From NCBI GenBank assembly GCA_016840405.1, contig JAEOSK010000004.1:1-64000 (forward strand): a stretch of DNA of 64,000 bases, read 5' to 3'. Positions 39,801 through 49,777 of the stretch are shown in pieces (within the stretch, counting starts at the first letter, position 1; each line of letters opens with the position of its first letter). The notes below the pieces were generated by a model. That model searched no databases and had not been told where the DNA came from. It worked only from the letters and a program-made list of their open reading frames with translations. A program made the translations under genes and the position numbers. The DNA comes from Candidatus Hermodarchaeum yapensis. GTDB lineage: Archaea; Asgardarchaeota; Hermodarchaeia; Hermodarchaeales; Hermodarchaeaceae.

Positions 39801-41717
39801 ACCTCCACCATCCTCGTCACTTATCACTGCAACTAATTGTCGCATCCACACTTCAAGACAGAGAATTGCTTCGCGATGGCGATTCAATAATTCATAGGCA
39901 TTTTTAGCAAGGAAGAGTTGTCGTCCTCCTTCTTCGACGTTTCCTTCCTCGAGGTTAGCTAGACCAGCAAGCCAGCGGCAGTTTGCAGCTCGCCGACGAA
40001 GATCTTCGGGATCTCGATATGGTACCCAGGTTTCTTCTGAATCCATGGGTAAGCTTTCATCGACGCCCCGTTTCAAACGAAAGGCTTGAGAGTATTGGTC
40101 TGCGGCAGTGGTGAAGTCGATAGAAGGTGCTGCGCCCCAAAAAGGCATCGTCCTGAACTCAAGTTCTTCTTCGGGTGCACCCATTGCCTGCTCAGGAGAG
40201 ACAGAGGGAGTAAATTCGACTTCAAGAAAGCTTAGGTTTTGTCGTAGTTGTCCCTGATTTAGTTTGCAGATTGCTGCAACCCAGTATAAATCCAAGCTTT
40301 TGAATAAATCAACTACATCATCATATCCGACTTCTGCATCAATTAGGCTGCCAAATAGTTGATCCTCTTCGTCAAGCTCCAAGAGAGTGAGGGTTTTTTG
40401 TCGAAGTTCTTCTTTGGAGCCCACGTCCAAGACATCACTGACAATTGCCACACGGTATATATCTGAAATTAATTTTTGGCAAAGTACATTAAGGGCTCCG
40501 CTCGAGCCTTCTGAGAGCCATCGAAAGACCATAGCCATATCAATCAATCGTTGATCTTGGCGTTGCTGAGCTTGAACTAAATTATTGCCGGCTTGTTTTG
40601 CTAGTTCCTTAAAGGCATTGGAACCTTCTAATCCACGTTCTATAAGATTAAACGTCCCGAGCAAGCCCTTCATCGCTTTTTCTGGGTCATCTACAATCTT
40701 TACCTGATGATATCCCAAGCGTTCGATGAGCGTCAGAATGAAATCTGCGGCATATTGAGTCAGCTCTAAACTCTGTTCTCTCGCCTCAGCAACCGTATAA
40801 CCTGAGATGTCCCGTGTAATCCGTAAATTGGCAAAAGCACCTTCCATGTAACTTGAAACAAATCTGAGAATAGAGGGGGAAGGAAGGGCGAGCTCCTCTT
40901 TGCCAGCTTGTTCGAAGAACTCCGCAAGAGCTCGAAATCGATTAAATGCTGTTTCGTCCTCTGGTTCTGCAATGAGGGCGAGAGCCTCTGCCTCATTCCA
41001 GAGAAAAACCGCGGCCAAAGGTACATTGAGTTCGGGATTTTTCTGACGATTTGTTACTGCGGCCATTGCTGTTTTTCGAAAGAGGTCTGCAGCGTCTGTT
41101 AGCATGGCTTGATCTTGGTCAGAAACCTCGCCGCTGACCTCACTGAGGAGTTTTTGAATTGCACGTCCAATATTCAGCACCGTTGAGCCATCATCTAATT
41201 CTTCATAACACCGATACTCACGAATCATGGCAGGAAGAGCAGCAAGAGGAGCTGCATCCACCTTTCTTGTTTGCACCACAGTGCTGAAGCATTTCGCAGC
41301 TCGACGCCATTCCCGAGCTACTCCAAACATTGTGCCTGCAGCATCTAACGCTTGATTTGCTTGCTCTCTAATAATTATAATAGCCTTTTCAGCAGCTTCA
41401 GCCCGTTCTTCGTCGGATCGATATACATAATCATCATACTGAACTTCTTCCTCAAAGTACTGTTCTAATTCCCGCCAACGTTTAGCAACCGTATCAAAGT
41501 CTCGTGCAATCGAGCGAGCAACTTCAACTTCCAGAGTTTTTGCTGAAGCGGCAGACTGAATCCGTTGCAGTAATTCAGCGATCTGTTCGAGAATATCAAG
41601 AATACCTTGACCCTTCGCCTTGGTCAAATGTTTGGCGATTTCTTCGAGATCATCCTGAGCTGCATCAAAAAGGGCTTGATACGCCTTTACCAAAGGTTCA
41701 TGATCCACAGATGCCAT
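36858..41717 (-). CDS. 1619-aa hypothetical protein: helical-repeat N-terminus, two Vps62/NPP1-like segments, C-terminal TM anchor
   Basis: Long ORF with GGAG RBS; TPR/SNAP-like helices; YRYVWYWP..HEDWE..I.V; hydrophobic tail. Confidence 0.7.
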   Translation of the reverse strand: MASVDHEPLVKAYQALFDAAQDDLEEIAKHLTKAKGQGILDILEQIAELLQRIQSAASAKTLEVEVARSIARDFDTVAKRWRELEQYFEEEVQYDDYVYRSDEERAEAAEKAIIIIREQANQALDAAGTMFGVAREWRRAAKCFSTVVQTRKVDAAPLAALPAMIREYRCYEELDDGSTVLNIGRAIQKLLSEVSGEVSDQDQAMLTDAADLFRKTAMAAVTNRQKNPELNVPLAAVFLWNEAEALALIAEPEDETAFNRFRALAEFFEQAGKEELALPSPSILRFVSSYMEGAFANLRITRDISGYTVAEAREQSLELTQYAADFILTLIERLGYHQVKIVDDPEKAMKGLLGTFNLIERGLEGSNAFKELAKQAGNNLVQAQQRQDQRLIDMAMVFRWLSEGSSGALNVLCQKLISDIYRVAIVSDVLDVGSKEELRQKTLTLLELDEEDQLFGSLIDAEVGYDDVVDLFKSLDLYWVAAICKLNQGQLRQNLSFLEVEFTPSVSPEQAMGAPEEELEFRTMPFWGAAPSIDFTTAADQYSQAFRLKRGVDESLPMDSEETWVPYRDPEDLRRRAANCRWLAGLANLEEGNVEEGGRQLFLAKNAYELLNRHREAILCLEVWMRQLVAVISDEDGGGARPTQARLQELLNVTDELVGLYALRRIRVETVKDILGIVQFLQSQVGLENWTLNVYLRTIEYTQEAVRIGKQLGGPEQAIETLNFLREELKEFLEGDFAIGVYPNFETETTIYFEAETPIKLAILNVSEKEAADLTVRPLGVLPNLSPSTSQPWQASRDPSQVTMKHFYIGCDDNARFFDETDFYRKPADAFGPPRPVPIELAAAPSRELEPELPSEQPTDEQPWLGIMWTGDYNGTTIGTLKGATEEPPTAETPLIPIDDLTQAAFFTVFTKSAREGNILPGQFFPVSFGIYHRGSPEPISIQTIFFKIASRPKILTAETNWITTLEDKWEETFSILFEKGAQLPTYVPRFAPEYDIKDYVNPQTLTPTVTLGSAAVELTKHLKNVPHRFNLRYKGKRELHSGNNYLVESTITLEMPDPKRVTQESEFLRIRAPPRIMTAEELAQARLRNGVNFQEVFFGTVFIGDAKYDGEYYIYRLWLCFEPGEQNPAPGANYRQGWTNHRLDIFLDPKTWEPKLLITDYYVEFEDGRGEWVEALFTFKVGSSTVFGVRRLTADLFREAQLAKYPDPFESEIRHALKPLDVDKDTPLKITGFALGQRLGFIELIRASWARNKHDGPVIFKPPRAHLFRDYWSQRYEHGMYREDWQGGTDVNLYEMKANDRSDGQSKYIRGFKTRAFPHEVGIKAREGDRCDLIITPPGDVAKPTIIRNLINPRKIELWTRPHVSFSRRFNFIARYFGKPPDIHTASLYFYSTRRELNPYYKGEVKGKDQWIHYPEPKFWTGKQWVLIPQDFHPTNHPENLSYGINTWLEADAYWVYRYVWYWPLEITLPLPHEDWERADIWVNARTGNIEWVTSDYHWRELWYQNAVKVSGVNPIIDFLFNWNTPEPLTVKDGAPIHQPLAPYFPEGKTVGDFADQLPWMFARYRQSTEHMHKLHTGFWGKHKVKIVYGALFIIILLLILLLFEPTRNFILGLLGLL

Positions 41718-41899
41718 AATTAGTGTCTCCTTTAGGTCCGATTCATCAATATCCTAGGAGGAAAGATACCGACGAAATTCGCCTTTTCATGTACGTTTGC
41801 CCTCAAAAGCTCTTCCACTCGAAGAGAAAAAGATGAATAGAGGAATATTGGATGAGAAAAATAAAAAGGAAGAGGAGGTCGCCTAGGCTCCGGGTGAGA

Positions 41900-42538
41900 T
41901 TAACCTAAGCGGATAACGGTGCCTCCTCTTCCAGCGACAACGACCTTTTTACGACCGTCTTTTTCAATAAGCTTGTTTCCGCTGAGCACAACCTTCCAAT
42001 CAGCAATTTTCAAAACAATCCGATCGCCACTTGCAATAAGAGCACATTTTCCACGCTGTCTATCAAAAATCTGGGCTACCCAACCCCGTCTGCGTTGGAT
42101 GAAGGTTTCATCAAACCAATCCCGATTGTGCTCAAAGAACCGGTCAAAAATTCCTTGAGCACGTTCCTGTGCTTCATCGACTGATTCGAGTAAATATTCT
42201 TTCAAATGTTTACCCTTAACTGGTATTGTTTCTGGTGGCGACCAGTTGCCATCTTCACTTAGCATAAGCAAACTGCCGTTCCAAAGAAACTCCCGGCTTT
42301 GACCAATAGCACCACGCTTAGTCTCAACAATAGCATCGACAATGACTTGACCAAGACCAATAAAGACACCACCAACCTCCACGTTCCGATGAAAAATGGG
42401 AAAATAGAGTGACCCTTCATTCACACTCAGCAAAGCCTTCTCTGACTGAGCAATATCAGTTGGCTGCTTAACCCTCCCAGCGAGGGCACCTAGCACTAAA
42501 TCCCGGTTTCGATAATTCAATGAAAAACTTGGACTCAT
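41900..42538 (-). CDS. hypothetical protein
   Basis: 212-aa ORF with GGTGA RBS, co-oriented with the upstream regulator. Confidence 0.7.
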   Translation of the reverse strand: MSPSFSLNYRNRDLVLGALAGRVKQPTDIAQSEKALLSVNEGSLYFPIFHRNVEVGGVFIGLGQVIVDAIVETKRGAIGQSREFLWNGSLLMLSEDGNWSPPETIPVKGKHLKEYLLESVDEAQERAQGIFDRFFEHNRDWFDETFIQRRRGWVAQIFDRQRGKCALIASGDRIVLKIADWKVVLSGNKLIEKDGRKKVVVAGRGGTVIRLG

Positions 42539-42559
42539 CCAGCATCACCTGCTACTTAA

Positions 42560-43255
42560 TCAATCAGTATCCTCTCCAATTCCCGAAGTCATTTGGTTAT
42601 GCAGATACTCAGCTAGCTTCAATGCCATACGACCAGGAATGGTAATGAGGTAGCGACCGCGTACGCGTTCCTGTGTCACGTACCCAGCATCTTCTAATTG
42701 TTTCAGATGATGTGGGAGAGTCCCTGGTTTTAATCCTGATAACTCCATGAGATCTTGATGATATCGTGGAAAATCAGCCAGTAAATAGAGGATGCGAATC
42801 CGCTCCTCGCTTGCTAAAGGGGCGAGTAGTCGTTGAGCTTCTTCAGGTGGCACCTGACGGGCGGCTACTCCTTCGGGGTCCCAACTGACTTCATTGTCAT
42901 CAAAGCGAACGCGAGCACCTTTGGGACCGATAAACACACTACGCATTGCTCTATTAGCTCCACGCATCGCATCAGAGACAACCGTTTTGATGTAATCGCC
43001 TAACTCGACTCCATAGGCTCCCATTTTTCGACCAAATTCTTCCATCTCTTCTTGGAATACCTCGTCATCCAAATCGATGTTAACGCCCTTCGCTCTCCGT
43101 AACTTCTTGGGAGATTTCGGTGAAGGTTCACGTCTGTAATCTTTTTCCTTTTCCATCCTGCGACGAAGATTTGCCATTTGCTCCTCAAGGCGGCGCATCT
43201 CGTCACGTAATTCGTCTTCGCGTTCCTTTTCCTTGTCTTTCTTTCGACCAAACAT
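42560..43255 (-). CDS. ArsR-family wHTH regulator with N-terminal coiled coil
   Basis: LASEERIRILYLL...GTLPHHLKQLEDAGYV..RGRY. Confidence 0.8.
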   Translation of the reverse strand: MFGRKKDKEKEREDELRDEMRRLEEQMANLRRRMEKEKDYRREPSPKSPKKLRRAKGVNIDLDDEVFQEEMEEFGRKMGAYGVELGDYIKTVVSDAMRGANRAMRSVFIGPKGARVRFDDNEVSWDPEGVAARQVPPEEAQRLLAPLASEERIRILYLLADFPRYHQDLMELSGLKPGTLPHHLKQLEDAGYVTQERVRGRYLITIPGRMALKLAEYLHNQMTSGIGEDTD

Positions 43256-43366
43256 CTAAATTGTGACTCCTATCCAATCTTACTATACTTCAAAAATTCA
43301 ACTAATGCCTTCTCTTTGACACAACATTGTTTTTCCTGATTTCTCTTCATCATATTCGACTCCATT

Positions 43367-43401
43367 CGGTTACTAAACGAGTTAATACGGTTTCTAAACG
43401 A
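43367..43401. promoter_or_regulatory. tandem operator-like direct repeats
   Basis: CGGTTACTAAACGA (43367) and CGGTTTCTAAACGA (43388), 21 bp apart, upstream of the ArsR gene. Confidence 0.5.
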
Positions 43402-43556
43402 TAAATTTTATTCGTTCTGAATTAGAATAAAATCGTTCACAGATATAAACCTTTCGAATTACAACAGAACTTCCTCACCAAAGGTCAGAACCTCGTAAAG
43501 CACATTACACACACTTAAAGGCATTCTCAGCGTCATCTTCCAATGGCGAACATCCT

Positions 43557-44525
43557 GTGAAGGCAAACTCCCAAGCTTTTATCGGTTTTGCGGCGTTTCC
43601 ACTAAGCACCTTCACTTCAGATACGGCTGTTCGTCAAGTGACCACTGTTCTTCGGGCTGAACAGTTGAAAACTGCAGAGCTGCTGTGTCTGTCCAATGTC
43701 CTTGGTCGACCACGGGGCGGGCTTCCCGGTTATCCCTCCCAAGAACGGGCAGCAGATATTGGTAAGCAGATGCAAGAGTTTCATGTTAGTATTCATGGCC
43801 CTTATGTGATTTCACTCACCACCACTGAGAAAGGCAAGCTACGGACAAGTCGAGCACACATGACACGCTGTTTACACATTGCTGATGCAGTCGGAGCGAC
43901 CCACGTCACCTTTCATGCCGGATCCCGCCAAGGAGGAACAGCGGTCAAAACCCGTGTGAAAGAACGATTACTACAAATCATGGCAAAAGCCGAAGGCGAA
44001 GGAATCAACGCAGTACCGGCTCCTGAAGTCGCAGGAAAAATCGCAGGTTTTGGAAATTTTGAAGACACCTGCACTGTTGCGAGTGAGGCAGGATGTTTAT
44101 TTTGCTGGGATTTCGCACATGACTTTGCCAGAGGCGGTGATGTCACGACGGAATCTGGAATCCTACGACGCCTTGAACTCATTGAGCAGAATATCGATTT
44201 GTCTCGCTGGCGACTACCAGTTCACCTCTCAGGTATCGTCGCAGGGCGTCGCGGAGAGGTCCGGCACGCCCCCCTCGAAGGTGGAAGTAACGTTCCTTGG
44301 AAGCTTTTCCTCTCTGTTCTACGGGAACAACGGTTCTTAGACAAGGTGAGTATTGTCTGTGAATCAAAATCCGAGGAAGCAAATGGTCTCGACTTTCGGG
44401 TGAAAGAAGCCCTTCTGTTGAAATCTTTCATTGAGAGTGGACGGATCGAGAAGGATTATCAATCCGCACAGCCTAGCCTTTCACAGTTTTTTACATCAAA
44501 AACGAAGGATAACCAAAAGGATTAG
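43557..44525 (+). CDS. endonuclease IV-like TIM barrel
   Basis: SIHGPY, TFHAG, PEVAGK, DFAH, HLSG, RH, CES metal ligands. Confidence 0.8.
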   Translation: MKANSQAFIGFAAFPLSTFTSDTAVRQVTTVLRAEQLKTAELLCLSNVLGRPRGGLPGYPSQERAADIGKQMQEFHVSIHGPYVISLTTTEKGKLRTSRAHMTRCLHIADAVGATHVTFHAGSRQGGTAVKTRVKERLLQIMAKAEGEGINAVPAPEVAGKIAGFGNFEDTCTVASEAGCLFCWDFAHDFARGGDVTTESGILRRLELIEQNIDLSRWRLPVHLSGIVAGRRGEVRHAPLEGGSNVPWKLFLSVLREQRFLDKVSIVCESKSEEANGLDFRVKEALLLKSFIESGRIEKDYQSAQPSLSQFFTSKTKDNQKD

Positions 44526-45967
44526 ACATGGATGGGCGGTTGGCGTTTTATCCAAGGCAGAGCTACCTCAATTTGTGCGGCTAGTCGAAAGAGAGTTGCT
44601 TCATCTCCAAAGCGACCCACGAAGTGCGTACCGACTGGTAACCCGTCACTTGTCCAGTGAAGAGGCATTGACATGGCTGGTTGTCCTGTGATGTTTTGGA
44701 TTTGTGTGAAGGGGGTAAATTCACCAGCACGTAAGAAGCCTTTCATGGGATGTTCTGGAGGGCAGTCAAAATAACCCAGGGGAACAGGAGGTTCAATGAG
44801 AGTAGGTGTGAGCCAGATATCATATTCTTGGAAAAAGCGGGCAATATCTCGAGATATTTGCTGGAGCATCATGATTGAAAACAGGTAATCACCAGCATTA
44901 TATTGCCGTCCAATTTTCGCTAACTCCCAGGTGAGAGGTTCAACTTCTTCCTGCAGGACAGGACTTCCACGAAGTTGTTCAATATTCCTGAAGACGGCTG
45001 TCACACCTCCCGACCATAGGGCGACAAAGTTTTGATACATGGCTTGAATGTTAAAATCGGGGTTTGCTTCAACCAACTCATGACCATGTTCAGAACACAA
45101 TGAGACGGCAGTATCAATTGCTTTTACACACTCTTTGTGGGCGACTTCACCCGTTATTGCCTTCGATGTGTAGGCTATACGTATTTTTCCCGGATCCGCT
45201 CCAACTTCTTGGAGGAATGGCCGTTTCGGTGGTGGTGCCCAATAGGGATCACCGACATCTGGACCGGCAGTTGCATCAAGTAAGGCGGCACTATCTCGAA
45301 CGGAACGTGTTAGTGCATGTTCGACGACCAGTCCGCTTTGGATATCACCATGTGTGGGCGCCAAGGGATTGCGGGCCCGTGTGGGTTTTATACCAAATAC
45401 ACCACAACAGGAGGCGGGAATACGGATAGAGCCTCCACCATCACTGGCATGCGCCATTGGTACAATCCCTGCAGCCACCGCGGCTGCAGTTCCTCCACTG
45501 GATCCCCCGGTTGTACGTTCAGTATCCCAGGGATTTCGTGTGGGACCAAAGAATAGCGGTTCAGTGGTTGAAAGGAGACCAAATTCTGGAGTATTAGTTT
45601 TTCCAACGGTAATGAGTCCTGCCCTTTTGAATCTCTTAACAAGTTCACTGTCAAAATCAGGAATGTAATCTTTTAGGGCTGCTGAACCATAACTTAGTCG
45701 AACACCCGCATAAGCAGCCAAGATATCCTTCAACAGGAAAGGAACCCCAGTGAAAGGTCCTTTAGGTAGTTTTCCTTTAGCTGTTTTACGAGCCTCGTCA
45801 AACATGGGGGTGATGACAGCGTTGATTTTTGGATTGATGTGTTCGATGCGTTCAATCACGACCTCTACTAACTCAGAGGGTGTTACTTCTTTTTGGCGAA
45901 CCTTTTCTGCGATAGCCGTAGCATCAAGAGTAGCTAATTCACGAGAGTCGACCATAATCTCACCCAA
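44522..45967 (-). CDS. amidase signature family enzyme
   Basis: [30 protein letters not shown]. Confidence 0.93.
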   Translation of the reverse strand: MGEIMVDSRELATLDATAIAEKVRQKEVTPSELVEVVIERIEHINPKINAVITPMFDEARKTAKGKLPKGPFTGVPFLLKDILAAYAGVRLSYGSAALKDYIPDFDSELVKRFKRAGLITVGKTNTPEFGLLSTTEPLFFGPTRNPWDTERTTGGSSGGTAAAVAAGIVPMAHASDGGGSIRIPASCCGVFGIKPTRARNPLAPTHGDIQSGLVVEHALTRSVRDSAALLDATAGPDVGDPYWAPPPKRPFLQEVGADPGKIRIAYTSKAITGEVAHKECVKAIDTAVSLCSEHGHELVEANPDFNIQAMYQNFVALWSGGVTAVFRNIEQLRGSPVLQEEVEPLTWELAKIGRQYNAGDYLFSIMMLQQISRDIARFFQEYDIWLTPTLIEPPVPLGYFDCPPEHPMKGFLRAGEFTPFTQIQNITGQPAMSMPLHWTSDGLPVGTHFVGRFGDEATLFRLAAQIEVALPWIKRQPPIHV

Positions 45968-46124
45968 ACATCAAGTTTCGCTTTGAATAGGGGACATCCT
46001 ATTCATTATTGTATGGGGATGAATGCACATCTGCTGTTTGCTCGTAGAAGGCTTCTGATGGATGGTTGATTCCTCAGCCTTTAGCAATCACTAAGAATTC
46101 TACCCTGCAGTTTTTGAGAAAAAG

Positions 46125-47066
46125 CTACTCCCGTTCCAATATACCGGTCAAACAGCCAATCCCCCCAGCCGCTTTTGTCACCTCACTGATATTGACCAGA
46201 TGACACTTCAATCCTAGCTCTTCATAAAATCGTTGTGTATTTGGATTTCCACTTGCTGTTAGGATTTTCTTGGGCCCCAATGTGACGAAGTTCATTGATA
46301 GCCCGGTGGCAATTTCAGCTTCATCAGGTGCAAAAAGTGTAGAGAAACCATGTTCCCGTAGTATTTCCAAGGTTGAATCACACAGTCTGCCAGGCCTACA
46401 GATTGCTAGGTCTTGATCTGCAAAGCGAAGGTCCCCCATGAGATGCATAGAACCTGATGGAAGGTCAACTTTTACTGATTCAATTCCCATCTCTTTCAAG
46501 TGACTTGACACCTGCATTGCTCCCTCTTTGTTAGTTCGAAAACCTACGCTAATCATAACCGTGTCAGGGTTGAGCCAAGCCGCATCAGCTCCTTCGAATG
46601 TCCCTTTCCCGTGTATGCTTCTTAAAATGGGTATGCCAAGGCTGGCTAGCCGAGCTGCGACAAATCGTTCCTCTCCTGCGCGGACTGACGAAGCGGGACG
46701 AGAAAGAATCATTCCTTCAGGTGTGGTAAATAACAAATCTGCAACAAACATCAGATTGGGGGGAGGCGTTACATTTGGTTCAAGATACGACACAGTTACA
46801 CCTGAATTTCTGAAGGCTTCTGCAAGGTTATCATGCTGCTTCGTGATTATTTCTATGGATGGAATTTCAATCATCTGCACATCGTCTGGATCTGAGATTC
46901 TCTTAAGCTCAATGCCTGGACGATGAAGAAGCACCTTCCTGAGACGGTTCCACTCATTGTTGACTCCACAGGAACTCCATATGTCCCCAAGTTCTTCTTT
47001 CAACGATCTTTCCCGTGGAGACCAGCCCTTTCCTCCATATGGAGAACCCTTTGACCTGTCTTTCAT
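46125..47066 (-). CDS. amidinotransferase/DDAH/arginine deiminase family protein
   Basis: FVAD, RAGE, FEGAD, RTN, HL, GGIGCLT. Confidence 0.88.
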   Translation of the reverse strand: MKDRSKGSPYGGKGWSPRERSLKEELGDIWSSCGVNNEWNRLRKVLLHRPGIELKRISDPDDVQMIEIPSIEIITKQHDNLAEAFRNSGVTVSYLEPNVTPPPNLMFVADLLFTTPEGMILSRPASSVRAGEERFVAARLASLGIPILRSIHGKGTFEGADAAWLNPDTVMISVGFRTNKEGAMQVSSHLKEMGIESVKVDLPSGSMHLMGDLRFADQDLAICRPGRLCDSTLEILREHGFSTLFAPDEAEIATGLSMNFVTLGPKKILTASGNPNTQRFYEELGLKCHLVNISEVTKAAGGIGCLTGILERE

Positions 47067-47213
47067 CTAAGACACCACGAATCTTCGAAAACTATGTGAT
47101 GACAAGGGAAGTATCTCCCCTTGCACTACTAATTAGTAAAATTACATTTCTTCTCGTACTTGAAGCTTGACTTGATGTGAAGTTTTTTCAAATTGCAACC
47201 TTATGCCTTAGAA

Positions 47214-47267
47214 CGAGGCCCGAAGTTTTTCATGGTTTTATCTGCTTTACTCTCATGTATCGAAGAC
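47214..47267 (+). repeat. polarized intergenic repeat copy 11 (degenerate A)
   Basis: GTTTTTC..TTTATCTGC-N13-ATCGAAGAC. Confidence 0.65.
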
Positions 47268-47289
47268 ATAATTACTGCAAATCGCTAAT

Positions 47290-48420
47290 CTAATCGGATA
47301 GGTGGGTCCTGAACCAATCGATGGTATATGGAAGGATTTCGTCTAAGAAGTTGACGCAGCAGTGCTCTCCAGTAGGGTAGAATTTTAGTTCTTTTTTGCC
47401 CTCGGCCCAGTTGATGATGTAGTCAGCGTGTCTTTTTGCATTTGGGATTAGCCTATCTTTTCCTCCTTGAATGAAAAGCAATGGGCGGTCAAGGGGTGGC
47501 GCTTTTTGGATATCGTATTTGGCTAATTCGTCCTGAGCCTCTTCAAGAGTTCCAAACCCCATGACGTGTAAAATGTTTCTGATCCAGAGAGGGTTCATTT
47601 TTTTAATTTGAGAAGGAGGAGGGAGGTATCCTGGTCCGCCGTTTCCTACGGTGCAAGATATTCGGTTTTCGAATGCGGTTACGTAGGGGGCGAGGTATCC
47701 GCCAAAACTCATGCCGTAGGTTCCGATTCGGCTAAGAGCAATATTGTATTCGTTTTTACTCTCAAACCAGTCGATGATTGCACTAACGACGTTGTTGTAA
47801 TCAGGGATCATTTTCATCCTGGACCACATCTCTCCTTGCCCAGGGCCGTCAAAAGCAAAAACATTGAAACCAGCATTCAAGAGAAGATTGCCCAAGTAGT
47901 AGTTTTCAATTTCTTTGATGTTGTCTAAGCCGTTGATTTGAATTATTAGTGGCGTATTAGGTTTTTGAGCGAGTCGAAGGTATCCGGGGATTGAAGTACC
48001 TCGAAAGGGTATCTCGACTCTTTTCGGTCTTTCAACACCATCATAGAGGGCAATAGCTTTTTTGTAAGCGTCCCTTGCCCGTTCTTGGACCGCCACCTTT
48101 TTTGTGAGATCAATAAAGTAGATATGCTGCCCAATGTGAAAACAGCCTGCAGCTTCATGGAACAGCGCCCTAGCCGTAATGGTGTTACTATCAGTAAGTG
48201 CGGTTGTGGCAAGGGTTTCAAGTACCTCTCCTTCTTTGGTCCACTCATCGCACCACATGTAGAAGTTTTTTATTCGTGAGATGACCCTACGAATCCGATC
48301 TAGGCTCACACCACAAATTAGGAACCGGCTGAACCAGTACCTGTAAACACGCTTTTCATTGAATAAGAAACGGTAAAGTATCCTTTCTTTGAGAGATAAT
48401 TTCCCAATTTCGAGTGGCAT
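47290..48420 (-). CDS. alpha/beta hydrolase (FrsA / dihydroxy-pseudo-oxynicotine hydrolase-like)
   Basis: GLDNIKE, DGPGQGE, GMSFGG, GGKD, GEHC. Confidence 0.88.
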   Translation of the reverse strand: MPLEIGKLSLKERILYRFLFNEKRVYRYWFSRFLICGVSLDRIRRVISRIKNFYMWCDEWTKEGEVLETLATTALTDSNTITARALFHEAAGCFHIGQHIYFIDLTKKVAVQERARDAYKKAIALYDGVERPKRVEIPFRGTSIPGYLRLAQKPNTPLIIQINGLDNIKEIENYYLGNLLLNAGFNVFAFDGPGQGEMWSRMKMIPDYNNVVSAIIDWFESKNEYNIALSRIGTYGMSFGGYLAPYVTAFENRISCTVGNGGPGYLPPPSQIKKMNPLWIRNILHVMGFGTLEEAQDELAKYDIQKAPPLDRPLLFIQGGKDRLIPNAKRHADYIINWAEGKKELKFYPTGEHCCVNFLDEILPYTIDWFRTHLSD

Positions 48421-48671
48421 AGTTACAAATTGATATCATATATTAATTAAATACTGACTGGAAGCTTGTTAGAGGTAATTCGGTAGTGATTAGAGTCTAT
48501 CTTCTGCAGCATTATATTCTTAAAATGCAGAACCAGATTTTTGGTGCTGCATTAACTACATAGATTGAATAACGAAGACTCACTTTCCTAATTATCTCAA
48601 TCGTTTAAGAAACATCTGCTATCAAGACGGTTTTAATTGCTTTACTAGCGCAATGGTCCTGCTCTTCTTTG

Positions 48672-49241
48672 TCATCTGTATTGTTGGTGGGTTTTGTGGG
48701 GTGCAAATCTCTTGTTAGGAGTTCCTTTCTGAAGTCTTCTTAGCGTCATCAACCATGAAATAACGAAGAAGATTGTTGTTGAGATCATGGCACTTATTGG
48801 AGTCATTAAATGTGCCCATGGTCCTAGAATGGCTTCGCTCATTGCTGTAATTATATTAATCCATCCTGTGGTGATAGTTATAGTCAAATACAGGGAATAG
48901 AAAATCAGGGCACTCATCATCACGTATGTTATAGCTATCCAATTATCTTTTGTCATTCGAACCGCTTCAATTGCGATGATCGCTTCTCGGCCCTGATCAG
49001 TTAGTTCGTATGAACCTTGGTATTTGGCTTCGATGAAGCCAACGAGTTTGTTTAGATGATGGGCGAGGTTCCCACTACTGGATATGCCTAGTTTGCGTTT
49101 TAAGTCGCCAAAGCTTAATGTGGTTTGGCTCAGTACTTGTAGAATTTGTATCCTGGTGGTGTGGGAGATGGCTTCAAAAAGTTCAGCTGTCGCAGAATCT
49201 TTACTTTGTGCAACTTTCCCATTCGTTTCTTGTGAATTCAT
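48672..49241 (-). CDS. ArsR wHTH with C-terminal transmembrane helices
   Basis: FEAISHTTRIQIL..SSGNLAHHLNKL..YELTDQG followed by 2 TMs. Confidence 0.8.
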   Translation of the reverse strand: MNSQETNGKVAQSKDSATAELFEAISHTTRIQILQVLSQTTLSFGDLKRKLGISSSGNLAHHLNKLVGFIEAKYQGSYELTDQGREAIIAIEAVRMTKDNWIAITYVMMSALIFYSLYLTITITTGWINIITAMSEAILGPWAHLMTPISAMISTTIFFVISWLMTLRRLQKGTPNKRFAPHKTHQQYR

Positions 49242-49545
49242 CGGGAATTACATTCTCCAATAAATCTCTCAAAACTACACCCTATTTAATTCCTCAGTTC
49301 TTGACCGCTGGTCAATACACCTCGACCAATATTTTTGTCTAAGCTATTGAGTCAATCAAGCACTTTGGTCATGTAAGAAAAACTAGCTAGAGGAAGCCTT
49401 AACTTCTTCAAAAAGCCCAGAAGCGATCAAGTCGGTGTCTGAAAATGAAATAAATTGTAAAAGAGGCAATCCTTCACGGATTGAACCGGAACCAGCGCCT
49501 TTCAGGTTGCACTTCGAACTGGTGGAATGGAATAGATCCAAATCA

Positions 49546-49665
49546 TTGCTTTTTAAGGTTAGAGCAAGCGGATTTTCCAGGCGATATACGCCATTCTCTT
49601 GGGTTTCGAAGACAAATATGCCTGATATCGAACTAACGACGTGAAAGATGATTTGTTTCACGTCA
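49546..49665 (+). repeat. polarized intergenic repeat copy 12 (A+B)
   Basis: GCTTTTTAAGGTTAGAGCAAG..GATATACGC-N13-TTCGAAGAC (49605-49613)-N24-GACGTGAAAGATGATTTGTTTCACGTC. Confidence 0.9.
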
Positions 49666-49777
49666 TATAATCTTGGAAGAAGATGCAATATTGTTAGTGG
49701 GGTTTTTAGACTAATTTTAAAATCAGGATTTTCTTCAACATTTTCACTTGTGCCTCTGTTCGCTTGTCTTCATCCTG

